Shown piece after piece: positions 1 to 8,188 of a DNA stretch of 29,752 nucleotides. The stretch's first letter is position 1. Each line of letters begins with the position of its first letter. The translations under genes and the position numbers were made by a program. The stretch comes from Patescibacteria group bacterium (GTDB taxonomy: Bacteria; Patescibacteriota; UBA1384; 2-12-FULL-50-11; DASWYB01), in NCBI GenBank assembly GCA_036405195.1, contig DASWYB010000071.1:1-29752 (forward strand). The letters run 5' to 3'. Below the pieces are notes generated by a model that worked only from the letters and a program-made list of their open reading frames with translations, made no database searches and was not told the origin of the DNA.

Positions 1-1
1 C

Positions 2-1585
2 GAAGATATCGTTGTTGTAGACTGCGGGATTGCCTTTGCTGGTCCTGAATACCCTGGCATTGATGCATTAATTCCAGATGTCCGTTACTTAGAAGAGCGA
101 AAAAATAATATTCGTGGCATGATCTTCACCCATGGACATGAAGACCATATTGGTGCCGTTCCTTACATTTGGCCCAAGCTTGGTTGCCCCATGTATGCAA
201 CTCCGCTAGCCGGTGGCCTCATTCAACACAAGCTCACTGAAGCGGGTATTACCAACGCGCCAATGACGGTAGTTCAGGCAGGTGATAAATTACACTTTGG
301 AAAAATTTCAGTCGAAATGGTGCGTCTCACGCACTCGATCCCTGATGTCCTTGGTCTTGCAATCCGTTGTCCCGCTGGTCTTTTCTTCTACGCGACGGAC
401 TGGCGTTTAGAGCACACACCTGCGCTCGGTAAGCCAGCCGATTGGACGCGTATCGCACAGCTTGCAGGCGAAGGTATTACGGCTCTCTTCTCAGACTCGA
501 CCAATGTTGATCGCCCTGGGTATAGCCCAACGGAGCGAATTATTGGTGAAGCCTTTGACCGCATCTTCCAAGATGCCAAAGCGCGCATTATTATTGCTCA
601 GTTTGCGTCCAATATTAACCGCGTGCAGCAAGTTTTTAACTCGGCTAAAAAGTTTGGCCGTAAGATTGCGCTGTCTGGTCGCTCAATGGAAACGTACGTC
701 AATATTGCGATGGGACTTGGGTATCTTAAGGTTCCTGAGGGCATGTTGATTGATCTTCGTAAGGTGAATACCTTTGATCCGCATAAAGTTGCCATTCTCT
801 CCACGGGCAGTCAAGGCGAAGAGTTTTCGTCGCTCGTCCGGATGTCTGAAGGGGCACATCGTCACGTTAAGCTTCATCCCACGGATACAGTTGTCGTTTC
901 TGCTTCTGCTATCCCTGGCAACGAAGATCAGGTAGAACGGCTCTTAACGAACCTCTATCGTGAAGGCGTGAACGTAATCAACAACAAGCTTGTCGCTGAT
1001 GTCCATGTGTCAGGTCACCCTTCGCGGGATGAACTGAAAATGATGATTGCCCTGGCGCAGCCGCAGCACTTTATTCCAATTCACGGTTCATATCCTCGTA
1101 TGGTCGACCATGGTAATATCGCCGTCGAAATGGGTGTAGAACCAGACAAAATTATCATGATGGAAAATGGCCAGATCGTTGAGTTCGACGAAAAGGGCGG
1201 CCGTATTTCTGCCGAACGTATTCCAATGGAAGACGTGATGATTGACGGTAAGAAAATCGGCGATGTTGGTCCGATTGTCATTCGTGACCGTAAGACACTT
1301 GGCGATGAAGGTATGGTTACTTTCTTTATTGTGGCCAAGCAGAAAACGGGCGAAATGCTCACATCTCCTGACATTATTACTCGTGGGTTTGTGTATATTC
1401 GTGAAGCTGAACAGCTCATGCACCAGTTGCGTGAAGAAGTAAAACGCTCGTATCTCGCCGCGCAGAAACGTCACAGCGGAAGCATGGAAGATCTCAAAGC
1501 TGCTATGCGTGATGATATCGCGAAATTCTTAGAAGAAGAGACAGGCCGTAATCCAATGATTATCCCTGTCATCACGACGGTCTAA
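2..1585 (+). CDS. rnj: Ribonuclease J (metallo-beta-lactamase/beta-CASP); 5' end lies upstream of the window
   Basis: Frame is open from base 2 (EDIVVVDCGIAF...IRGMIFTHGHEDHIGA). Motifs THGHEDHIG, THSIPD, SDSTN, STGSQGE, HVSGH, PIHG and C-terminal RNPMIIPVI are typical of RNase J. Confidence 0.96.
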   Translation, partial: EDIVVVDCGIAFAGPEYPGIDALIPDVRYLEERKNNIRGMIFTHGHEDHIGAVPYIWPKLGCPMYATPLAGGLIQHKLTEAGITNAPMTVVQAGDKLHFGKISVEMVRLTHSIPDVLGLAIRCPAGLFFYATDWRLEHTPALGKPADWTRIAQLAGEGITALFSDSTNVDRPGYSPTERIIGEAFDRIFQDAKARIIIAQFASNINRVQQVFNSAKKFGRKIALSGRSMETYVNIAMGLGYLKVPEGMLIDLRKVNTFDPHKVAILSTGSQGEEFSSLVRMSEGAHRHVKLHPTDTVVVSASAIPGNEDQVERLLTNLYREGVNVINNKLVADVHVSGHPSRDELKMMIALAQPQHFIPIHGSYPRMVDHGNIAVEMGVEPDKIIMMENGQIVEFDEKGGRISAERIPMEDVMIDGKKIGDVGPIVIRDRKTLGDEGMVTFFIVAKQKTGEMLTSPDIITRGFVYIREAEQLMHQLREEVKRSYLAAQKRHSGSMEDLKAAMRDDIAKFLEEETGRNPMIIPVITTV

Positions 1586-1602
1586 AAGTGAAAGAATAAA
1601 AC

Positions 1603-1641
1603 TAAGAAAACGTCGCCACTAAACCAGGCGACGTTTTCTTA
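1603..1641. terminator. Intrinsic terminator hairpin after rnj, probably bidirectional
   Basis: 15-bp perfect inverted repeat TAAGAAAACGTCGCC / GGCGACGTTTTCTTA with a 9-nt loop; A-tract before and T-tract after the GC stem; lies between convergent genes. Confidence 0.8.
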
Positions 1642-1660
1642 TAATCTCGCTACGCGGTAA

Positions 1661-1692
1661 TAAAAAGGGGCGACGTCGTACGACGTCGCCCC
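1661..1692 (-). terminator. Terminator for the minus-strand gene 1742..2308; perfect 26-bp palindrome
   Basis: GGGGCGACGTCGT|ACGACGTCGCCCC (1667-1692), followed on the minus strand by TTTTTA (plus-strand TAAAAA at 1661-1666). Confidence 0.7.
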
Positions 1693-1741
1693 GGCTCGAT
1701 CAGGGTTGTTTTTCTCTCGTTGCTTCCTGTGAAGGAAGATG

Positions 1742-2308
1742 TTACCCGTTGGGGGCATCCGGTCGGGCTTTGGGCAAGCCTTCGTAGAGGGCGGGAGGCA
1801 GGACGACCGGCTTTGCGCGATCTTGGTCAAATTCCTGGAGTGATTGCCCCAGAAACTCCCGTGGCCCTCGTCGGTCTCGCAGTGAACTTTTGAGTCGCCA
1901 CCGCGCTTGTTGGAGCAGGCTTTGATACTGCCTTACAACGAGCTGGAGTTTGGCAGGGTCTTTCGAGGCCTCTTTGGGGAAAGTGACGCCGTAAAGCTTT
2001 TTTACCATGGCTTCGTCGGGCTGTTCGACTTTCTCGAGGTCTGCGAGGAACTCGTCTACCATGTCCCGTAGTTCGTTGGTTTTCTGCTTTTCGGCGGCTA
2101 GCTCTGCCCGCGACTGACGCAAGTTCTCGTTACCGTTTGCGACTGTTCTCTCGAGGATCTCATTTGTCCTCTGAAGTGAACTGATAAATGCGTTGGCAGT
2201 CGCAAGGTTGTCGGCTTGGGCGGTACTCCCCGTTGCCCGTGCGGTTGTGGTTGTTCCGGCAAGGAACGAGATCAGACACAAAATCGGGAGAAACCAGGCT
2301 TTTTTCAT
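1742..2308 (-). CDS. Secreted hypothetical protein, helical/coiled-coil, 188 aa
   Basis: Signal-peptide-like N-terminus (MKKAWFLPILCLISFLAG...ARA), GAGGA SD upstream of the ATG, own consensus promoter and terminator; no recognisable family. Confidence 0.75.
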   Translation of the reverse strand: MKKAWFLPILCLISFLAGTTTTARATGSTAQADNLATANAFISSLQRTNEILERTVANGNENLRQSRAELAAEKQKTNELRDMVDEFLADLEKVEQPDEAMVKKLYGVTFPKEASKDPAKLQLVVRQYQSLLQQARWRLKSSLRDRRGPREFLGQSLQEFDQDRAKPVVLPPALYEGLPKARPDAPNG

Positions 2309-2344
2309 CGGGCTTCCTCAGAGATCAGGAACGGAGATAGCGAG

Positions 2345-2373
2345 AATATACCGTAGTAAGGGGAGCTTGTCAA
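2345..2373 (-). promoter_or_regulatory. Near-consensus sigma70 promoter for 1742..2308
   Basis: Minus strand reads TTGACA-17 nt-TATATT. Confidence 0.75.
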
Positions 2374-2441
2374 CCGAAAAGCTCTGTGGCAATGGGTTAG
2401 GAAACCTGCTAGACTGGGTGTGTTACCGAAGGAGGTGTGTT

Positions 2442-4508
2442 TTGCCGTTTCTTAATCGCCGCCGACGCTCCGCGTCTCGGTCTCGCCGGAAGCCGACGTT
2501 TAAAGACCAGCTTGATTGGACAATTAACCCTGACACTGCCCGGGAAGTGTTTGGGATTCTTTTAACTGTTTTAGGCATTCTCTTTGTGATTTCGATCTTT
2601 GGTTTAGCGGGTAAATTTGGCGAAGTTGTGATTCGTATTTCCAAATCGCTCTTTGGCATATTAGGGTATGTGGCCCCCCTTGTTTTTCTCGTCATGGGAA
2701 TAAAGTTGCTTATGCCGCGTAAAGATGACGAAGGAGTAAAAGCATCGGTTGCTATCGGCATTATTATTGCCTTTTTTACTATCCCAGGCCTGTTTATCCA
2801 GTATGGTGGAGCTATGGGAAATCTCTCTTTTAAACTCGCTTCCAGCATTCTCGGAACGCTCGGTGGTTATATTGCCTTACTGGGCTTTTCGATCGCGGCT
2901 CTTTTAGTGGCCACGAATGTGTCGCTGGCCTATATTGTGGCGCGGCTTAAATTTAATCAAGAATCAATGCCACAACTTAATCTCGGAGGAGGTGCTAAGG
3001 CGAAAGTATTTACACTGCCTCGTTCTGAACGCCGTACGAAGGAAGCTTCAACCTCTGCTCCTGTTCGGGTGCTTACGTCAGCCTCGGGGGATTGGGAGTA
3101 TCCGTCGCTTGATCTACTTGAGCTCTCTGACTCAATGCCCGATGCCGGTAACATTGGGAAGAACCGCGAAACAATTCAGAAGACATTCAAAGACTTTAAT
3201 ATTGACGTCACGATGGGTGACGTTAATGTTGGTCCAACTGTCTCGCAATACACATTAAAACCAGCTGATGGAGTTAAACTCACGGCTATATCTGCCCGAG
3301 ATAAGGACTTAGCCTTGTCTTTAGCCGCTTCAACAGTCCGTATTGAAGCGCCTATTCCCGGAAAATCTGCCGTCGGAATTGAAATTCCTAATAAGTCAGC
3401 CGCCAAAGTTACGCTGCGTGAAATTTTAGAAAGTGATTCACTTAAAAAAGTTCAGTCCGGTTTGGCCTTGGCGCTTGGGCGAGATTCCGCCGGCGACCCG
3501 TTTGTTATCGATCTCAAGCGTGCGCCGCACATGCTTATTGCAGGTTCGACCGGAAGTGGTAAGTCGGTGTGTATTAACTCGATTTTAGTAAACTTACTGT
3601 ACCAGAATTCCCCCAGTGAGCTACGCCTGTTGCTTGTTGATCCGAAACGGGTGGAATTTACGGAATATAACGGGATTCCCCATCTCCTCGCTCCAGTTGT
3701 GACAGAAGTAGACAAGACGGTGGCCTTGTTGAAGTGGACGGTCGCAGAAATGGAACGACGGTTTAAGCTGTTTGCCGAGTCCTCGGCCCGTAATATTGAA
3801 GTCTATAACGAAAACCCGACAGAAGGGAAAATGCCCTATATTGTCGTTGTTATCGACGAGTTGGCCGACCTTATGACGCAAGCCGCCAGTGACGTTGAAA
3901 CGTCGATTGTGCGTATTGCGCAGATGGCTCGTGCGGTGGGTATTCACTTAATTGTCGCCACCCAACGTCCCTCGGTTGACGTTATCACGGGTTTAATCAA
4001 GGCCAATATTCCCACGCGTATTGCGTTTGCTGTGGCCAGTAACGCCGATTCCCGTACGATTCTAGACCAAGGTGGGGCAGAAAAACTATTAGGCCGGGGC
4101 GATATGCTTTATCTCTCAAGTGATATTCCAAATGCCAAACGTGCGCAAGGTGTGATGGTAACTGATAAAGAAATTCGTTCCGTTACTGACTTCCTCAAGC
4201 GGGAAGGCGAAGCTGAGTATGATGAATCGATCACGAACTTTAAGGCCCGTAATCCCAACTCAATTGGGATTGGTGGTGATGGAGAAATTGACGATACTCT
4301 TTTCCAAGAAGCCAAAGAAACCGTCATTCAATCAGGTAAGGCGTCAGCGTCTCTTCTGCAGCGCCGTTTGCGGGTTGGGTATGCCCGAGCCGCTCGCTTA
4401 CTTGATCTGTTAGAAGAACAAGGGGTAATTGGGCCGGCTGATGGTGCCAAGCCCCGCGATATTTTAGTCTCCTCAACGGAAGACTTTACCTCCAGCGAGA
4501 TGTTATAG
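2442..4508 (+). CDS. ftsK: DNA translocase FtsK/SpoIIIE (N-terminal TM region, short linker, motor, gamma domain)
   Basis: Walker A AGSTGSGKS, VVVIDELADLM, VATQRPSVDVITG, gamma domain LQRRLRVGYARAARLLD. Start reassigned to the TTG at 2442, 6 nt after GGAGG (2431-2435); the track start at 2193 overlaps the opposite-strand gene. Confidence 0.96.
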   Translation: MPFLNRRRRSASRSRRKPTFKDQLDWTINPDTAREVFGILLTVLGILFVISIFGLAGKFGEVVIRISKSLFGILGYVAPLVFLVMGIKLLMPRKDDEGVKASVAIGIIIAFFTIPGLFIQYGGAMGNLSFKLASSILGTLGGYIALLGFSIAALLVATNVSLAYIVARLKFNQESMPQLNLGGGAKAKVFTLPRSERRTKEASTSAPVRVLTSASGDWEYPSLDLLELSDSMPDAGNIGKNRETIQKTFKDFNIDVTMGDVNVGPTVSQYTLKPADGVKLTAISARDKDLALSLAASTVRIEAPIPGKSAVGIEIPNKSAAKVTLREILESDSLKKVQSGLALALGRDSAGDPFVIDLKRAPHMLIAGSTGSGKSVCINSILVNLLYQNSPSELRLLLVDPKRVEFTEYNGIPHLLAPVVTEVDKTVALLKWTVAEMERRFKLFAESSARNIEVYNENPTEGKMPYIVVVIDELADLMTQAASDVETSIVRIAQMARAVGIHLIVATQRPSVDVITGLIKANIPTRIAFAVASNADSRTILDQGGAEKLLGRGDMLYLSSDIPNAKRAQGVMVTDKEIRSVTDFLKREGEAEYDESITNFKARNPNSIGIGGDGEIDDTLFQEAKETVIQSGKASASLLQRRLRVGYARAARLLDLLEEQGVIGPADGAKPRDILVSSTEDFTSSEML

Positions 4509-4566
4509 CTTTGGAGTCTGTGTTACCAGAGCTGTAAAAGTTAGTCACCTGTGTTATAGCTAGAAT

Positions 4567-5283
4567 ATGGCCGCCCATGGATTTCAACAAAAAACAGTAA
4601 CACCAGCCGAAAGTCTGGGTGTTCGTTTGAAGTCGCTCCGGATGAAAAAGAAACTCACGTTGTCTCAGGCCGAACAAGAGACGAAAGTCCGTGTCCACTA
4701 CCTTGAGGCGATTGAGGATGACCGATTTAAAGATCTTCCGTCCTCGCACTGTAAGGGCTTTATCCGGCGGTACGCAGCATATTTGGGGCTCTCTTCCGAG
4801 GTAACGGAACAGTCACTTGCCACGTTATACCTTGATATCTCTCGACATCCGTTCTCTCCCCGAATGGCTGGCCGCGAGTCGCTGGTATCGGTTACTCCAA
4901 AGCTTCTGGCGGTCGGTTTCTCGATTGTTGTATTGCTCGCCTTTATTGGGTATGTTACATACCAGGTACGGCAGTTCGCTTCTCCTCCGTCGCTTGAGAT
5001 TACCAGCCCGAATAATGACCAAGTGGTGGAATCGGAAACTGTACGGATTGAGGGAAAAACTGAGCCTGGCGCACTCGTGATGATCGACGATATACAAGCG
5101 AGTGTGGGGAGCGACGGTGTGTTTTCATACGTCTTAATACTACGCCCTGGTCTTAACCAGATTACCGTTGTCTCGGAAAATCGCATTAAAAAGCAAACGT
5201 CACGTATTGTCTCGATTCTCTATCGAGCGCCTGTTTCTGTGAGTCCCGTTCCAAGTGTTTCGCCGTCCCCTAGTGTTCAGTAA
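4567..5283 (+). CDS. RodZ-like protein: N-terminal Cro/C1-type HTH, single TM helix, C-terminal Ig-like domain
   Basis: LGVRLKSLR...LTLSQAEQETKVRVHYLEAIEDDRF...KGFIRRYAAYLGL (HTH_25-like); TM LLAVGFSIVVLLAFIGYV; PPSLEITSP...IEGKTEPGALV...GLNQITV Ig-like fold; lies between ftsK and recA. Confidence 0.8.
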   Translation: MAAHGFQQKTVTPAESLGVRLKSLRMKKKLTLSQAEQETKVRVHYLEAIEDDRFKDLPSSHCKGFIRRYAAYLGLSSEVTEQSLATLYLDISRHPFSPRMAGRESLVSVTPKLLAVGFSIVVLLAFIGYVTYQVRQFASPPSLEITSPNNDQVVESETVRIEGKTEPGALVMIDDIQASVGSDGVFSYVLILRPGLNQITVVSENRIKKQTSRIVSILYRAPVSVSPVPSVSPSPSVQ

Positions 5284-5301
5284 GTGTGTTAAAGGAGTTT
5301 T

Positions 5302-6420
5302 ATGGCTAAAAAATCAAAAGATCCGTCTCCCGAAATTAGTGTGCCACACGAAGGTGGTGATACATCGGCTCGTAATCAGGCGCTCGAAATTGCCATTGGC
5401 GCAATCCAAAAGCAGTTTGGGCAAGGTGCCATTATGCGTATGGGTGGCGGTCGGTCGCATCATATTGCCTCTATTCCCACGGGTTCTCTGGCTCTCGATG
5501 TTGCCTTAGGCATTGGTGGTTTGCCACGAGGCCGTATCGTTGAAATTTATGGTCCTGAATCGTCAGGGAAAACAACGCTCACATTGTCCTGTATTGCACA
5601 GACTCAAAAAAAAGGCGGCTTAGCCGCATTTGTAGATGCCGAGCATGCCTTTGACCCAGAATATGCCCGTAAGTTAGGCGTTAACCTTGACGAACTCTTG
5701 ATCTCTCAGCCGGATACGGGTGAGCAAGCGCTGGAGATTGTGGAAACACTTGTACGATCGAATGCCCTGGATATTGTGGTTGTTGACTCCGTCGCGGCTT
5801 TGGTTCCCCGTTCAGAGTTAGAAGGAGATATTGGGGACGCATCGGTTGGTGTGCAGGCCCGTTTAATGAGCCAGGCCTTGCGTAAAATTACCGGTGCTAT
5901 TTCTAAGTCCAAAACGATTGTGGTCTTCATTAACCAAATTCGTATGAAAATTGGAGTGATGTTTGGAAACCCAGAAACTACTTCTGGTGGTAATGCGCTT
6001 AAATTCTATGCCTCGGTGCGAATGGATATTCGTCGCGGTGAGCAAATTAAAGAAGGCGACGTGGCCGTGGGAAACCGGACAAAGGTGAAGATCGTGAAAA
6101 ATAAAGTGGCGCCACCGTTTCGAGTGGCGGAGTTTGACCTTCTTTATGCCGAGGGTATTTCACGTGAAGGCGATATTTTAGACTTAGCAGTTGGCAAGGA
6201 TATTGTGCAGCGTTCCGGCTCTTGGTATCAGTATGAAGGCGAGAAGATTGGCCAGGGACGTGAGTCGGCCCGAACCTTCCTCAAAAATAACCCGTCGATT
6301 GCCGATGAGATTGAAGCGAAGATTCGTAAAGGCGATGATGCAACTCCTGAAGAAGTGCCCGCAGCCGAAATTGCAGTCGAAGATGAAGACTCCGCTGAAC
6401 TTATAGAAAACGAAGTTTAA
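5302..6420 (+). CDS. recA: Recombinase RecA
   Basis: [60 protein letters not shown]; acidic C-terminal tail; AAGGAG SD. Confidence 0.99.
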   Translation: MAKKSKDPSPEISVPHEGGDTSARNQALEIAIGAIQKQFGQGAIMRMGGGRSHHIASIPTGSLALDVALGIGGLPRGRIVEIYGPESSGKTTLTLSCIAQTQKKGGLAAFVDAEHAFDPEYARKLGVNLDELLISQPDTGEQALEIVETLVRSNALDIVVVDSVAALVPRSELEGDIGDASVGVQARLMSQALRKITGAISKSKTIVVFINQIRMKIGVMFGNPETTSGGNALKFYASVRMDIRRGEQIKEGDVAVGNRTKVKIVKNKVAPPFRVAEFDLLYAEGISREGDILDLAVGKDIVQRSGSWYQYEGEKIGQGRESARTFLKNNPSIADEIEAKIRKGDDATPEEVPAAEIAVEDEDSAELIENEV

Positions 6421-6431
6421 GAGCGAGAAGT

Positions 6432-6464
6432 AAAAAGAGAGCGTTACAACGCTCTCTTTTTTTT
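6432..6464 (+). terminator. Intrinsic terminator after recA
   Basis: AAAAAGAGAGCGTT-AC-AACGCTCTCTTTTT followed by further Ts. Confidence 0.85.
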
Positions 6465-6497
6465 GCACCCAAGCGGTAATTACGTTAGCATGAATAT

Positions 6498-7577
6498 ATG
6501 AATCCTGTGCTTATTCGTCGACTTCATATGCCCTCGCTTGGTGTCTTAGCTTTACTCATTGGAGGCATCCTACGAGTTATAGCGGCCGTGTTCCATTGGC
6601 CCATCGGCCTTGTTTTGGTTTCTCAGCTGACACTGCTTTTGGCTGTACTCTGGATTCTCTTTTACGATATTTTTCCTCTCTTTTTGAACCCATTTTACTT
6701 GATTCGTAAGCGATTCCCCCGTCGTCACTCTTTTTTCGTTCTCCTTTTCCTCCTATTTGGACTAATGCAACTGGTGACTGTTTTCTTGCCATCGGGACGA
6801 ACCAAAGATTTTACCACAACCCTCTCATTTTTAAGCTTTATGGGTGGCGTGGCGTGGTTTGTGTGTGTAACGATCCTCGGTGCGTTTACTCCTCTGATTC
6901 GACATTGGAAATACCAGCCGCGTGAATCAGAGAAAGTTACGTTCGAAGATATTGTGACGAGTATGGCCTTAATTGTGACCCCCACAGTGGCACTCTCGTT
7001 CTTCTTCTCCCCTCCTGGTTTAGGGACGACGGAGGTCACTCCCTACCAAATCTTTGTCACTAGTTTGCTGACTAATATTTTTATGGGGATATATCTCTAC
7101 TTATGGATTATTCGTCCCCGAGTATTTACCCTTAAGCAGCTAGGGTTAAAGAAAGTTCCGAGAGAGAGAGTAGGAGAAGCATTCGTCCTGTTTGTCTTTA
7201 TTGTTGTCCTTATTGCTATCTTGCAAGCAGTGCTCAAGCGGCTTGGATTGCCCCTTCAGAACTATAGTTTTAGTACGAAAGAGGGTGCAGCGTGGGCTAT
7301 GATTATGGTTGCCGTTGTTTCACCCTTTGTCGAAGAGCTGTACTTCCGTGGCTTCTTATTTAAAGGGCTCATGCTCAATCATCGCCCGCAGATTGCCTAT
7401 CTTGTCTCGGCAGGGTTATTTGCGTTACTACATCCCCCTTTAGCAGCGATGGTCGAAGTCTTTGCGATTGGTATTCTTTTAGGCTATCTTTCCAAGGAAA
7501 CAAAAAGTATTTGGCCGGGCATCTTTATCCACGCTTTAAATAACGCGATCGTTTTTGGTTACTTGCTCTATAAATAG
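6498..7577 (+). CDS. CPBP (CAAX protease/Abi family) intramembrane metalloprotease with extended N-terminal TM region
   Basis: About 10 hydrophobic segments; family motifs EELYFRG, FALLH, HALNN. Confidence 0.88.
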   Translation: MNPVLIRRLHMPSLGVLALLIGGILRVIAAVFHWPIGLVLVSQLTLLLAVLWILFYDIFPLFLNPFYLIRKRFPRRHSFFVLLFLLFGLMQLVTVFLPSGRTKDFTTTLSFLSFMGGVAWFVCVTILGAFTPLIRHWKYQPRESEKVTFEDIVTSMALIVTPTVALSFFFSPPGLGTTEVTPYQIFVTSLLTNIFMGIYLYLWIIRPRVFTLKQLGLKKVPRERVGEAFVLFVFIVVLIAILQAVLKRLGLPLQNYSFSTKEGAAWAMIMVAVVSPFVEELYFRGFLFKGLMLNHRPQIAYLVSAGLFALLHPPLAAMVEVFAIGILLGYLSKETKSIWPGIFIHALNNAIVFGYLLYK

Positions 7578-8164
7578 GTATGAGGTTCCGAACTAATCAG
7601 TTTACTTGTGAAACAAAGTGAGCTTGCTTTCTCGGAAATATAGCTATTCATGCTCCGTTTGTATTTCTGGGCAAGATAGTGTAGCTCTTCGCTATTGTTT
7701 ACGCTTACTACCTTCTGTAACAACGAAGTTATCCCTACGTCGCCAATAATCTCCTTCGTTTCTATATCGTAAGCAATTGATTGAATAGTGAGTGGCACCC
7801 CGAGTAAATAGTTCTCGATCGTAGGCGCTAATTTGTTGGTGCGAATCGAATGGATGTTTGTCAGTGGGACAACATCGAGACTTAGGCCGTCTCGGCTGTA
7901 CTTAGGATTGCCAAAGTGATTCACTGTATGGTTCCAGCTGTCCGGTAGGGAAGGTTTTGTCGGGATCTGTTCCACAATAAAGTCCATATCTGAGGTAACT
8001 GGTCGAGTTCCGTACAGACAAGAGGCCAAGTTGCGGTAAATAAACCCTCCGATAATCCACGTTTTGCCTACATGGTTTTTCTCAAGAAGAGTAATCGCTT
8101 CTTGGTACTCTTTACTCTGAATTAATATTTTGTTGAAGACGCGTGTTAATTCCTGTTTCGGCAT
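7568..8164 (-). CDS. Minimal class II nucleotidyltransferase (poly(A) polymerase/CCA-adding head domain only)
   Basis: WIIGGFIYRNL...SDMDFIV matches the GG-x-x-x-R...DxD motif; third carboxylate in LDVV; PLTIQSIAYD and IIGDVGITSL resemble DFTINAMAYD and IIDPFGGLEDL. Only 198 aa. Confidence 0.65.
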   Translation of the reverse strand: MPKQELTRVFNKILIQSKEYQEAITLLEKNHVGKTWIIGGFIYRNLASCLYGTRPVTSDMDFIVEQIPTKPSLPDSWNHTVNHFGNPKYSRDGLSLDVVPLTNIHSIRTNKLAPTIENYLLGVPLTIQSIAYDIETKEIIGDVGITSLLQKVVSVNNSEELHYLAQKYKRSMNSYISEKASSLCFTSKLISSEPHTYL

Positions 8165-8188
8165 GGGGCGTGATAAAGAAGCGGATCT

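Noticed and set aside
2193-2441. Long N-terminal extension of FtsK in the ORF track
   Set aside because: It overlaps the antisense gene and its promoter; the GGAGG-TTG at 2442 is a much better start.
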